From Octopus sinensis (lineage: Eukaryota): a stretch of 64,000 nucleotides of DNA. Shown in pieces: positions 1 through 15,449 of the stretch. A program made the translations under genes and the position numbers. The notes under the pieces were generated by a model. It ran no database searches. It was not told the origin of the DNA and worked only from the letters and a program-made list of their open reading frames with translations. Where the stretch lies: positions 52,452,001-52,516,000 of the forward strand of contig NC_043014.1 of assembly GCF_006345805.1 (NCBI RefSeq). The letters run 5' to 3'. Each line of letters opens with the position of its first letter. The first letter of the stretch is position 1.

Positions 1-884
1 ACTACTACTACAAATAACACTAATAACAATAGCAATAACAATAACAGTAACAATAACGATGACGATGAAGAGATGATGATGATGATGATGATGATCCTTT
101 CTGCTACAGGCACAAGGCCTAGATTTCGAGAGCGGAGGAGATGGTCCGTCACGACACTGAAAGTATGAAAGGCAAGCTGACCCTCGGCCGAATTTGAACT
201 CAAAAATTAAAGATGGAAATGAACAACCTGGCGTGTTTATTTTAATGGGTTACCAATGTAATACAGTGCGTTTCTCTGCCCCAGGTGTCAGGAAGACACT
301 CGGCAAGAAATGAAAACAGAACCGGCAGAAGATGATGATGATGATGACAGCGTATGTGTGAGCATCGTATATACTTCTATGGTACAAAATATGGAGTTTT
401 TTCTACGCTCGCATACGAAGATACACACACAAACACGCAGGCGTTTTGAATAAATCCATATATAATGGCGTTGTATCCTTTTGAGATGCCTTTCGAATTT
501 TATGTCCTATGCCTCTATTAATTCCCTAATACCGATTCTATTTAAAACATCCATCTCCTAGCTTCGGTGTCTTCTCAAGAGTAGAAGGCGCTATTGGATG
601 TTTTATTATTTCTTATGTCGTTATCGATAAGTGATTAAAGGAGACTTATAGAACAACTTCGATTTCTATCCCCTTCAAAAGTTGTTAAATTAATCACTTG
701 TAAAATATCTGAGTTGATTCAACCGATTACAACGTTTTTTAAAACTCAACCAAAATATTTGCCGGGAATCTATTTCTGTCTGGCTAAAACACATTTTTAA
801 CGATGCACCACCCTCACTAACTCCATCTTTGTCTAGGGATGTGCTAGTGAGTTACATACATTCATATATATGTTTCTCTGTGTG

Positions 885-1385
885 CGTGTACCGATATATA
901 TATATATGTGCGTGTATGGAGAAATTGGATATATATATATATAATATATATATATATAATATATTATATATAACATATATATATATATATATACATGTAT
1001 ATATATATATAACATATATATATATACATATATATAACATATATAATATCACATATATATATACATATATATACATATATATATATACATTATATATGCA
1101 CATATACATATACATAAATACATATACATATATAACATACATATATCTATATATACATATATATACCTATACATATATATATACAAATACATATATATAT
1201 ACATATATTTATATACATATATATACACATATACATATATATATATATACATATATTTATATACATATATATACACATATACATATATATATATACACAT
1301 ACATATATATACATATACATATATATACATATATATATACATATATATATATATATAAACATTTATATATATATATATATATATA
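885..1385. repeat. degenerate (TA)n/(TACA)n microsatellite
   Basis: Direct reading. Confidence 0.95.
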
Positions 1386-2350
1386 ATGTTGTGAGTGCGT
1401 AGGGAAAGGAAGGGTTATATACCTACATATCTATATTTGTGAATCTGCGTATGTATCTGCATGTGTGTGTGTGTGTAAACCTATTTACACGTATACGAAC
1501 GTGATTGTGCGAATGTTTATGTGCTTGTGTCTCCTTTCAATATCGATCACCCCTCAAGAACACAAACACACACACACAGCCACACACCCGATACATTACC
1601 TTTAATGGAAAAATATCGCAGTCATTGTCTCTTTCATATATATATATATATTGTAATCTCCCTATGTTAACAGTTTTCCTCTTATCTTTATTGCTACAAT
1701 TTTTCTTTCTTCCAGCGCTCGCTGATAAATATAGACGTCGTTCTTGTTTGCCCTCTTCCTTAACAACATCCCATAAAGTGATTGTTTCTTCAGCTGTTAC
1801 AATAAATGTTCCACATAGGCTAATGATGTTGTACTTTTGATCTTCCTCTTAAGAGCCCATCGATGCAAACTAACAAATGGGTTCTGGCTTATATTCGTCT
1901 AATTTAGTTTCACGACAAGTTCAATAAAACAGATTATACATACATACATACCATACATATATATATAATATCCTATATATATGTATATATATATATATAA
2001 TGATATATGTATATATATATAATTATGGGTCGGTATTTATGAATGTATGTGCGTATACACTCACACACACACACACTTATATACAATATATAAAAAATAT
2101 GTATATATATATATATATATATGGGTGTATACTATATATATATATATGCAACGTATATACATATACATGTAGATAGATAGATAGAAGATAGATATTTAGA
2201 TGTATGTTTTGTATATGGATATATATATTATGAGATTACATGTATGTTATGTAATATATTCTTATAACATATTATATAATATTTAGATATATATCTATAT
2301 ATATACATATATATATATATATATAATATATATATATATTAAATATATAG

Positions 2351-2392
<42 letters not shown>

Positions 2393-2398
2393 TATTAG

Positions 2399-2431
<33 letters not shown>

Positions 2432-3055
2432 TATATATATATATATATATATAGTATGTGGATGTACGTACATATTAATATATTATATCTTATTATTTAT
2501 TTATTTTGATCTGCCAAATATATTATTTTAACATCATATTTCAAAAGCACGATCGTATATCTATATTCTATATTACAAAGCATAATAAACACTACCTGAA
2601 ACGTCAGTTATATTTAAACGGATCCGCTTATCACATATGCAGCCGTACAACACTTGTTAATAATCGGGACGTCATCGATTTAAAAACCTGTCTCCCTACT
2701 ATCTCGTGTAAGAACATTGTGAAATACGTTGAAATATCCATTGCGTCAGATGTTTTTATTGTAAAGAAGTCGTAATATTCTTTAGGATGATGGATCCGTT
2801 GTTTTCGAAGCTTAGCTGCTGCTTCCTCCAATAAGGCTTCTTTCCCGATTCATCTGTTTTTATCGCTCTCATATTTTATGTAGTTTGTTACTTACCGGAT
2901 TTAGAACCAGGCGAATGAATTGCATTAACATTCATCGGCTAAGAATTATAATCTTGCTTTGCTGTCACATTTTTTTCCATTATTAATTTAAAACTAATAA
3001 TGAGAGAAATATAATACCCATAATAAAAGAAACAAAAAGAAATGTAAGCTGAGTA

Positions 3056-3107
<52 letters not shown>

Positions 3108-3208
3108 CGAGTATATATACAATATATATATACATATATATATATATACATATACATATATAAATATATATATAGGTATATATATATATACTTATATATT
3201 ATATATAC

Positions 3209-3248
<40 letters not shown>

Positions 3249-3797
3249 TATATATATATGCATACATATATATGTACATACATATAAAATCTATAGTTAT
3301 ATTATTTATGTATGTGCGTACGCATGTTTATTGCATGTTTGTGTGTATGTATGAATATAGGTGTCTGTACAAATAAAACACAACACCACACACATATATA
3401 TATATATCTATATATATATATATAATACATACATGGAATCGAATATGAAACTATATTTACTAAATCGTAGACAACAATGTCGAAGCGATGAAAGAAGAAA
3501 TTTAATAGGCTTCAATCTGTATCACGAATTAGATCTCCCCATCAGTAGCGCCGATCATAAATCACCAATCGCCCCGTACAGACTTCGTTCTACATGCCAA
3601 TAAATTTTACATCAACATCAAATGAAGTATTTCTTTTTTTTATTATTAATAATACTGCACGGTTTATGGCAAATAGCTGCCGTAAAGTTTGAGACAGATC
3701 AATCGTTTGAGATTAAACACTCACTTTCGTTTGACCAGAATGTTTTTAGGCAGTTATATAGTCTCATCTCTAATGGATATGCTGAGAAAATAAATAG

Positions 3798-4200
3798 TTT
3801 GCTAACCAACCACATGGTTCCGGGTTCAATCCCACTGCGTGGCATCTTGGGCAAGTGTCTTCTACTATAGCCCCGGGCCGACCAATGCCTTGTGAGTGGA
3901 TTTGGTAGACGGAAACTGAAAGAAGCCTGTCGTATATATGTATATATATATATATATGTGTGTATGTGTTTATGTGTCTGTGTTTGTCACCCCCCCAACA
4001 TCGCTTGACAACCGATGCTGGTGCGATTACGTCCCCGTTACTTAGCGGTTCGGCAAAAGACCCGATAGAATAAGTACTGAGCTTACAAAGAATAAGTCTC
4101 GGGGTCGAATTGCTCGACTAAAGGCGGTGCTCCAGCATGGCCGCACTCAAATGACTGAAACAAGTAAAAGAGTAAAAGAGAGTAAAAGAGAGTAAAAGAG
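3798..4200 (+). mobile_element. SINE family A (tRNA-derived, CORE-like cttgggcaagtg, agtaaaag tail)
   Basis: Multi-copy in the window; B-box ggttcaatccc. Confidence 0.85.
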
Positions 4201-4425
4201 ATATCATGAAAGAGTTTGAGAAGGCCAAAGTCCTGTTGCTCCATATATTTAATATCATCTTCAGAAAAACATAAAATTACGTATTATGTTATAAAAACTG
4301 TTACGCCATTAGGTAGATATATTTGTTAGTGTGCAGGACAAAAACGCTTTGCGTGTATTTGACGCAACTGAACGTTCATAGTTCAAATTTCACTGTAGTC
4401 AATATTTACTTTCAAGTGTCTTGGG

Positions 4426-4473
4426 GAAATTTCGAACCTGAGTTCTCATTTTTCGATGTTGTTATAATTATCA

Positions 4474-4504
<31 letters not shown>

Positions 4505-4750
4505 TATTATTATTATCATCATTATTATTATTATTATCATTATTATTATTATTATTATTCAGATCACTGCCTGGAATCGAAATCCGAATCTTGGGGTTAG
4601 TAGCCTTGGGGTTAGTATGTCTTACAATGATAAAAAGAATTGCTCCAAGATACCTGATAAAGTCTGGAGGGTATATCAGCTGAAATAATGTTAGCAACAA
4701 ACAAGTTGAGGACAAATATCCGTCAAATGTAAGTAATATTAATAATGTAC
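4426..4750. mobile_element. two degenerate pieces of the same Penelope-like repeat in opposite orientations around an (ATT)n tract
   Basis: gtgtcttggggaaatttcgaacctg at about 4427, and ccaagatacctgataaagtctggagggtatatcagctgaaa at about 4645. Confidence 0.55.
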
Positions 4751-5219
4751 ATAATTTCTCAATTTTTTAAATATAGAACCGTATTAATTGGAAGATATTG
4801 CAATTACATAAAAATTATCGCATTTGATATAAAACTTCAAAATTTCAAACCTATATTCAAAACATTTGGCTACGAATGTAGATCAGAAAAAAATTAAATA
4901 ATTCAAAAACTAATAATATTAAATGAATTAATAAAATAATAACTTTCTTGAAATAATTATGTTTAATCAACCTGCTGGTTTGTCTAAGATCTCTAAACGA
5001 TAACCATCACCTCATCACTGACAGGCATTCATGCTCGAGGTAGGTCACATTTATTCCAATGCAGCAATTTTAGATTCTGATCTTTACTTACGATGGACTT
5101 AGGGAGGTGCATGCATGTGTGGATGTATATGTATTTCGTCTGGCATAGGGACTTTGTATGCAAGATGAGCGTGCATGAAAACGTATGCACGTGCATGAGC
5201 ATTGGCAAACTATACATGA

Positions 5220-5551
5220 AGGCGGCGAGCTGGCAGGAAACGTTAGCACGCCGGGAGAAATGCGTTGCCGTATTTCGTCTGCCGTTACGTTCCGAGTTCA
5301 AATTCCGACGAGGTCGACTTTGCCTTTCCTCCTTCCGGGGTCGATAAATTAAGTAGCAGTTACGCACTGGGGTCGATGTAATCGACTTAATCCCTTTGTC
5401 TGTCCTTGTTTGTCCTCTCTGTGTTTAGCCCCTTGTGGGTAGTAAAGAAATCTGTATTTCGTCTGCCGCTACGTTCTGAGTTCAAATTCCGCCGAGGTCT
5501 GTCCTTGTGTGTCTCCTCTCTGTTTAGCCCCTTGTGGGTTGTAAAGAAATA
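5220..5551 (+). mobile_element. SINE family B (tRNA head + Nin/Deu-like domain gcctttcatcctttcggggtcgataaattaagtaccag), with partial tandem duplicate
   Basis: Multi-copy; central motif resembles the Nin/DeuSINE domain. Confidence 0.82.
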
Positions 5552-5879
5552 TATATTTGTGACCACGTGTATCTGCGCGCGCAGGTGTGAGTATGAGCAT
5601 GTGGGATTCTCTGTACGTGTACATGAGAGCATCTATGTGCGTGTGTGCGTGTGTGATGTATTTATGTGTGAGCTTTTTTTCTTGGTAGCTGCATACATTA
5701 CAATTCAACCCATCGGCGCTTATTTTCTTATATTTCACGCAATTTCTGTTTGGTTTTTTCGAGATTTTCTGATTGCATAAAGCACAAATTCCACAAGCGA
5801 GGTGACAGCAACATTTTGCTGTCTTACAAATTTTATATCGCAATCTGGGTTGTAAACATACATGCATTCATATTACCTA

Positions 5880-6151
5880 CATACATACTACATATATATA
5901 TTATATATATATATTATATATATATAGATATGTATATATATATATATATGTATTATATATATATATATATAGGTAGAGATATATATATATTATATAATAT
6001 ATGATATATATATTATATATATATATATAATTAGTATATAGAGATATTATATATATTATAGTATATATATATATATAATAGATATATAATATGATAGATA
6101 TAATATATAGATATATATATATGTATATATAGTATATAGGTATATATTATA

Positions 6152-6204
<53 letters not shown>

Positions 6205-6275
6205 GTATATATATATGGTATAGTCTATATATATATGATATATATAATATATATATATATATATGTATATATATG

Positions 6276-6310
<35 letters not shown>

Positions 6311-6348
6311 GTATATATATGATAGATATATATATATGTATATATATG

Positions 6349-6379
<31 letters not shown>

Positions 6380-6735
6380 GTATATATATTATATATATAT
6401 GATATATATGGAGAATTTATATATATATTATGTATATTATGTATATATATATATATATATATATATTGTATATATATGTATAATATATATATTATATATA
6501 TATATGTTATATATGTATAATATATATCATATATATAGGTGTATATATATGTTATATGTATATATATATATAATATATGTGTGTATATATATGTATATAT
6601 ATATATAATGTTATATTATTGTATATATATATAGATATATATTATACATACATACAAAATATAACAATATTATATAAATGCATATAGATATAATATACAT
6701 AATACAAAATGTTATAATATATGTTTGTATATATA

Positions 6736-6770
<35 letters not shown>
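5880..6770. repeat. degenerate (TA)n microsatellite
   Basis: Direct reading. Confidence 0.95.
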
Positions 6771-6771
<1 letters not shown>

Positions 6772-7884
6772 TTGTGTGTTGTGTGTTGTGTTGTGGCATG
6801 GAACTACACAGCACTTTGGTTTATATTCTTGTAAGTACTACGCGTGTATAAGTGTTGCATGTGCGATTTACATTTTTGTACGTGCGTATTTTTCTGGTTC
6901 TGAAATACGGCCTGTAAAACAGACAAGAATACATGAAATACACATTTCGCATGGGGTAATAAATAGTTTATGTATAGATTAGTTAGACCCTAGAATAAAA
7001 AAAAAAGAATTATTACGAAATGATAAGAAAAAATATAAAAATTCCTTCTTTCTATATGCTTTTCCTTCTCATTCGATTTTTTAGTGTTTTCCATAACAAA
7101 CAGAATGTAAAACTATACAAAAATATTTTTTACTAATTTATGGTATTTCGATAAGACAGCAGTGATTTACTATTCTCTCCTTCTCTATTTTTACAAAATG
7201 TAAATGCATTTTTCAGAATCCAGCTGATAACAGTGTATCTTTCCACAGTTTCAGAGTAAGCCATTTTTCTTTCGTTTTTTCTTATTCTGTTAAAGCTTTA
7301 TGTTAAGTTTTCTCTTCTTTTTGAAAATGTCTTTTATTTTATACTTATCTACCATTTACATATTAAAAGATTTTCTCCTTTCTTTGTTTTTTTCTGTTCG
7401 AAATATTTCGTTGTTTTTCAAAGCATGTAACATCTCTTTTCACTGTTTTAGTAAACATAGATAAATATTTTCTTTAACGTAGGTTTGCCTATTACAATTT
7501 TACTTTATGACTTTACTTTGTAAAGTGGGGAAGAATGCTTGTTACGTAAGTAATCGACTGTTGCATAGCTGATTAAATTAACTATATGCAAACATATGAT
7601 GAAATTCTCAAAGCATTTATTCTATCTGAGAAGAATTTAATATTAGAAACGTCAGGAATTTCAGTTTCCTCAAAAACTTTAATGTAATACCTGCAGAGAA
7701 TATTCGTCTAAACTAAGGCTATTAAATATCAGGTCAGAAGACATGGTCAATACTTAAACAGATAAAGCAGTGGGACAAATCTTGAAGGCGTATTCTCATG
7801 TTGGCGTCAGGTTCATAAATGCCGTGGAACATGAATATATGAATGGTTATTTGAGCTCAAAACTTAATACATACATATATGTTA

Positions 7885-8209
7885 TACTAGCAGTATCGCC
7901 CGGCGTTGCTCGGGTTTGTAAGCGAAATAACTATATAAGCATTTTTAGAGATGTAAAGCATAATAACCATCTCAATATGGCTAACCACAAAGGGGGGGGG
8001 TGTTACTGTAGCTTTTCACGTTCTGAGATTTAATAATAAATTTTTAGAGAGTTACTTCCCTTATATATGCCAAAAATGCATTAAAAATGGGAAAAATTGA
8101 TGGTAATTTTTTATAAATCGTAGACTCATCGTAGACGCGCGCTAATACCCAGAAGGGCTCGATATGAATCACGACTATAAGATACTCGGTTTTGGTTAAA
8201 CTGCACCGG
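7885..8209 (-). mobile_element. Helitron-like 3' end, opposite orientation, truncated by gap
   Basis: tactagcagtatcgcccggcgttgctcgggtttg is the reverse complement of the terminus above. Confidence 0.6.
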
Positions 8210-8309
8210 NNNNNNNNNNNNNNNNNNNNNNNNNNNNNNNNNNNNNNNNNNNNNNNNNNNNNNNNNNNNNNNNNNNNNNNNNNNNNNNNNNNNNNNNNNN
8301 NNNNNNNNN
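8210..8309. other. assembly gap (100 N)
   Basis: N run. Confidence 0.99.
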
Positions 8310-8618
8310 TTATAGATGTATGTACATATGCGTATGTTTATATGCAAATATATATTATTTATATTATATATATTTATTTATCTGTGTGCGCGTGTGCGTG
8401 TATGTGTGTGTATGTATACGTTTGTTCCCACCCACCCCAGCGCTAGACAAGGGGTGATGGTTGGTGGACAAAAACACGACCGATACAGTAAGTAATAGTC
8501 TTTAAACAAAATATTCCTAGGGTCAATTTGTTCGATTGAAACGCTTGAAGGTGGTGCTCCAGCATGGCCGCAGTCAAATGATTGAAGCAAGTAAAAGTAC
8601 AAAAGGATACACACACAC

Positions 8619-8667
<49 letters not shown>

Positions 8668-8829
8668 TTTGCATATCTGTATAACTATATATAAATATTC
8701 TATTGTCTGGGGAGGGTCATTCTCTTTTAGTGCCTTGTTCTTTAACACACGCACTGGTTCGATTTCCACTCATTTATTTACTGTTTCTAAAATTTTTATT
8801 ACATTTTGCAACCTTTTCAATAATCGTGA

Positions 8830-8861
<32 letters not shown>

Positions 8862-9010
8862 ATGTATGTATGTATGTATGTATATATATATATGTACACA
8901 CACGAATTTATATTCATGTTTGTTATTTTATAATAATTACTGGTATCCTTATATATTACTATATTTTATATCTTATATGTAAACCATAATATGCTATATG
9001 TATGTATGTG

Positions 9011-9328
9011 AGGGCGCGTGGGTTAGTGGTTAGGGCATTCGGCTCATGATCGTAAGGTTGTGAGTTCAATTCCCGGCGACGAGTTGTGTCCTTGAGCAAG
9101 ACACTTTATTTCACGTTGCTCCAGTCCACTCAGCTGGCAAAAATGAGTTGTACTTGTATTTCAAAGGGTCAGCCTTGTTACTCTCTGTGTCACGCTGATT
9201 ATCCCCGAGAACTACGTTAAGGGTACACGTGTCTGTGGAATGCTCAGCCATTTGCACGTTAATTTCACGAGCAGGCTGTTCCGTTGATCGTATCAGCTGG
9301 GACCCTCGTCGTCGTAACCGACGGAGTC
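9011..9328 (+). mobile_element. SINE family D (tRNA head, tgtgtccttgagcaagacact core)
   Basis: A/B boxes; partial relatives at about 14995-15090 and 28220-28400. Confidence 0.75.
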
Positions 9329-9500
9329 TTTAATATGTATGTATATTATTGTAATTATCAGTTTAGTAAATTAATAAATAAGTTAACCTAATATAATGTC
9401 TAAAAGTTGAGGAACCACTTATTGAGCCCCTCCATTTTCTTATTGCTATATATAAGAGTAAGAGTATATATATATATATATATATAATATATATATATAT

Positions 9501-9923
9501 ACTCTTACTCTTTACTCTTTTACTTGTTTCAGTCATTTGACTGCAGCCATGCTGGAGCACCGCCTTTAGTCGAGCAACTCGACCCCGGGACTTATTCTTT
9601 GTAAGCCCAGTACTTATTCTACCGGTCTCTTTTGCCGAACCGCTAAGTGACGGGGACGTAAACACACCAGCATCGGTTGTCAAGCAATGCTAGGGGGACA
9701 AACACAGACACACAAACACACACACACAGCTACTCCTATATATATATACATATATATACGACGGGCTTCTTTCAGTTTCCGTCTAGCAAATCCACTCACA
9801 AGGCATTGGTCGGCCCAGGGCTATAGCAGAAGACACTTGCCCAAGATGCCACGCAGTGGGACTGAACCCGGAACCATGTGGTTGGTTAGCAAGCTACTTA
9901 CCACACACCCACTCCTGCGCCTA
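9501..9923 (-). mobile_element. SINE family A, full length
   Basis: Reverse complement of the family A consensus. Confidence 0.88.
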
Positions 9924-9948
9924 TATATATACATATATAAATATATAT

Positions 9949-10058
<110 letters not shown>

Positions 10059-10204
10059 ATATAATGACTCTCCCGTCGGTTTCGACGTACGAAGCTCCGA
10101 CAACGTACTCTTCTTTGTCAGTCTAATGCTTATATCGAATATAACATTTAAGTCCCACCAACGATTTGCAAAGAAGGCCACAGATGTTGCATGTATGAGG
10201 ATTA

Positions 10205-10775
10205 CACGTCAGTGCAGTATGTTTGCACCGGTTTTTCTCCTTTGCCTGTTAATGCTGATTGCAATAATATTTTTAATACCATTTTGACACAACGATCTCC
10301 ATTTTGTTCGGTCCAAGGCTATTCGCTCAAAGGTGTTGTGAGCTATCTTCATCTCTAAGAGGTTACCCTTCAGCTTGTCCTTATATCTGAGCCATGATCG
10401 ACCAACATTCCTTTGTCCACCCTCAAGCTGGTTGTACATGAAGACTTTGGGTATTCTTTCGTCACTTATTCTGACGACATAACATGCCCAGCGCACTTGT
10501 GATTGAACAAGGAAGCTCTCCATTCTACCAATCTTACACTCGCTAAACAAGTCGGCATTAGAAACTATCTTTTAGTGAATAAACGCAGATTGTCCTCAGA
10601 GAGGAGGATGTCTAGTTGGTTACTGTGTCGTCTTTAGGGTATCCACGATTCCGTGCCATACTAGAGAGTAGTGAGAATGGCAGCTTTACACACATGTACT
10701 TTGGGGTCAAGACTGATGCTCCTTTCATTCCATAGGCAATGACGAGTTTGCCAAATGTGATGGTTGCCTTTGCTA
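10205..10775 (-). mobile_element. RTE-clade LINE 3' fragment, degenerate
   Basis: LWNERSISL..KVHVCKAAILTTL and QVRWACYV..ERIPK...GQRNVGR...RYKDKLK...ALDRTKWR. Confidence 0.8.
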
Positions 10776-11037
10776 AGCGTGTGTGTGTGTGTGTGTGTAG
10801 TGTGTGTGGTGTGTGTGTTGTGTGTTTGTGTGTATGTTTGTCTCTGCATATGTATATATATAATGGACTCTCCTGTCATTAGACGACATATGAGGGTTCG
10901 ACAATTCCTTACCAAACTACCACACAGATGATTTGTTTATAGTGATCAAATGTTTGCGTAAACATAAACTCACCTCCTCCATCAAATTGACATTACCTGT
11001 ACAGGTGCAACTGAGTGCCACATGTCAGATGTCGAAA

Positions 11038-12234
<1,197 letters not shown>

Positions 12235-13413
12235 CCCGACCCTACCATCACCAAACTACAACGCATCCTCTTTCGCTCTTGTGGAAAGGATGCGTCCCGA
12301 TGGTCAGGCGATCCATTTGCTGTCAACACCCGTTAAAAGGAGGGCTGGGCATGCCGTGGTTGATGATGCGCAGCACACACGCGCTGAGACTGCGACATCT
12401 CTGGCTCTATGTAGACGACGGTGAACAGGTGTGGTCGCCGTTTGTGAGGCACGCTTTCCCGCAGCTTGTCTCCATGACCGAACTGCAGTCGTGGATCAAA
12501 AAGAGGCCGAGGAAGGGCGAATGGCACCGCGAGTGTCGCGTTGCTCTCAAGCAAGTCTGCCGTCCTGGTCGACCTTAAGTGACTTCAACACAACCAAAGC
12601 ATTCTATAGGGGTTTAGTGGAGGGGAGGTACGACGACGAGCTCGGGGCGAACCTGGACGTCGACGAGGAGTACCTGACCCGCCTGTTCGGGACGACTTTC
12701 GGGCCAGGGCCCATGGACAACTTCCAGAGATCCCTGGCCTGGCAGTGCTACCGAGAAGCGCTACCCGTTCGGGATAAGCTCTACAGACACGGCTCGAGAA
12801 ACACGGGGCCGACCTGCCCGAGATGCGGTCAGAGCGACGAAACCGTTCTGCACGCACTCGTTCAGTGTCCAACAATTTCCGACCTGTGGGCTTATGTCGA
12901 ACAACTGCTGTCACGTGTGGGACGAGTCGGTTTATCAGCTGAGTCTATCGTCAATATTGTCACGCCCCTTCCTTCAAACGGGAAGGAAGAGCTATTTTCA
13001 TCATCCTTGTGGCTATGGCGAAAGAATGTATCTGGTGGACGCGTCTGAAAGGATTGGAGACAAACACTTTCCTCTCTGGTCAATCTCTCATCAATTTGTC
13101 TAGCGAATGTTTTAAAAAAAGATGGGTGAATGTTGCAAGAATGGCACGTATGAATGACGAAGCCACCTTGAGCATAGTCCTATGAACCCAGAAATCGAAA
13201 ACAGAGAGTTACTTATTTGCAAAAAAAAAAAAAAAAAAAAAAGTAATATAAAATGTGACTTCATTGACCGAGGTTACCGTGGTCTTTTCCGTAGGCTTTT
13301 CTTTCCACGGGTAAACCTCACCTGTCCTCCCCTTTACACTTCATATTGACATTTCTGTGATAACGATCCCTATTGATCATTTTTTTTTTTTTTTTTTTTT
13401 TTTTTCCCTCTCC

Positions 13414-13451
<38 letters not shown>

Positions 13452-13516
13452 CCCTTTTTTTTTTGTCCTCTTTCTCTCCTTTTACGATCCCTTTTGATCG
13501 AACCTCCCCCTTCCTA

Positions 13517-13547
<31 letters not shown>

Positions 13548-13617
13548 CCTTCAAAAGAAAAGCTCTACCTTGTAATTTGTTCTATCTGTGTGCAGCCCTG
13601 TGTGCTAATAAAGAAAC
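12235..13617 (+). mobile_element. 5'-truncated L1/Tx1-clade non-LTR retrotransposon (ORF2 3' part with zf-RVT, frameshifted) and T-rich 3' UTR
   Basis: LLWKG...HPLKGGLGMP and CPRCGQSDETVLHALVQCP motifs across frames; AATAAA at about 13607; (ATCT)n on both sides. Confidence 0.85.
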
Positions 13618-13808
<191 letters not shown>

Positions 13809-14720
13809 TATGTGTTGTTCTCGGGAATACTGCATCAGCGTGACACACAATGTGATAAAGCTGGCCATTTAAAATATTGGTACCAACCATTTTTGTCAGG
13901 TGAATGAACTGGAGAAACGTAAAATAAAATGTCCTGCCCAAGAACACAACGCGCCGCAGTGTATCGAACTCACGGCCTTTCGATTGTGAATTGAACACCC
14001 TAAACTCTTAGTCACACACCTTCACACTCCTCTATAAATGTGTGAATTTCTTGATAGCATCCTTTGAACGGACAACAGAAGCTGTTATTCATCAATATCG
14101 TTAATGCTTTGGCTCCTTACAGGAACTCAGTGTCTGGAAGCAGCAACTAAGGAACTAAATCTGGACATTTTTCTTCAAATCCCGTCACTCTGACTTTGGT
14201 GCGGTTGCTAGATCTGTCCATGATAATGATGGTTTACCCCGTTGAGGACACCCCGTTGAGGACTAAGTCCTTCCTTAGTCATCCCACACTTCTACAAGTC
14301 TCAAACAAGGAATTAGTGGAGCATTATGGTTCTATTATGTCATGACAAGTTATTAAATCTACTCTTACCTCTACCACAACAGGCTCCCCAAACTCTTTCG
14401 GGCTGCCTTGACTCCTAGGCCACATTTCTAGCGCCCCCACCACAACTAAACATCACAAATATAGACCTCTTTCTGAAGCAAATTCAAAGCAACTGTATTT
14501 CACAAATAAAACTTAAACGAATGGACCCAATATTTTGTTGCTTTTACATGTATCACTACCCCTTTATCGACCCACTTTTCTTCAACACCCCCTTGAATTC
14601 CCCCCCCCCCAGGGAGGCAATACCGCCCACTTTGGGAACCACTGATCTAGCACAAGTCAATGGAGTTAATATACTTCTTTATTCTTATAATCTGTAATTA
14701 ACTTTATGATGTATCCATAT

Positions 14721-14951
14721 ATTTCTTTACTACCCACAAGGGGCTAAACATAGAGGGGACAAACAAGGACAGACAAACGGATTAAGTCGATTACATCGAC
14801 CCTAGTGCGTAACTGGTACTTAATTTATCGACCCCGAAAGGATGAAAGGCAAAGTGGACCTCGGCGGAATTTGAACTCAGAACGTAACGGCAGACGAAAT
14901 ACGGCTACGCATTTCGCCCGGCGTGCTAACGTTTCTGCCAGCTCGCCGCCT
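14721..14951 (-). mobile_element. SINE family B
   Basis: Family B similarity. Confidence 0.88.
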
Positions 14952-15449
14952 TCTTTTTATGATGTATCCATATATCTTAAACGAACATGTCGAAGGCGCG
15001 TGATATAGTGGTTACGGTATTCGGCTCACGATCGGAAGGTCGTGAGTTCGAAACCTGACTTCATCTCATGTCCTTGAGCAAGATTTTGGAACAAGGCCAG
15101 CAAGTGAGAGGATGGGAGCTGGTCGATTACATTGGTCTTAGCGTTAAACTGGTCCTTATTTCATCGACCTCGAAAGGATGAAAGAGCAAAGTAAACCTTG
15201 GCGGGATTTGAACTCAGAACGTAAAGACACACAAAATGCAGCCAAGCATTGTTCCTGGTGCGCTAACGATTCTGCCAGCTCGCTACTTTAATATATATGA
15301 ACAGTAGACGAAACCCGTCTAACAGCTAGCTAAATGCGTATTTCTTCTTCGTTGAATTTCGTCAGCCGAGACAAATCATACATAAATGGCAGTGTGTATA
15401 CAAACACACACACACACACACGCTCGCATGCATACACCCCCCACACACA

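Noticed and set aside
829-1386. 185-aa YI-repeat ORF and the many similar YI/CV/HT ORFs
   Set aside because: Translations of (TA)n, (CA)n and (TG)n microsatellites; no coding signal.
2631-2860. Protein-like minus-strand ORF MEEAAAKLRKQ...
   Set aside because: No recognisable domain and no convincing acceptor; the start is a non-ATG codon.
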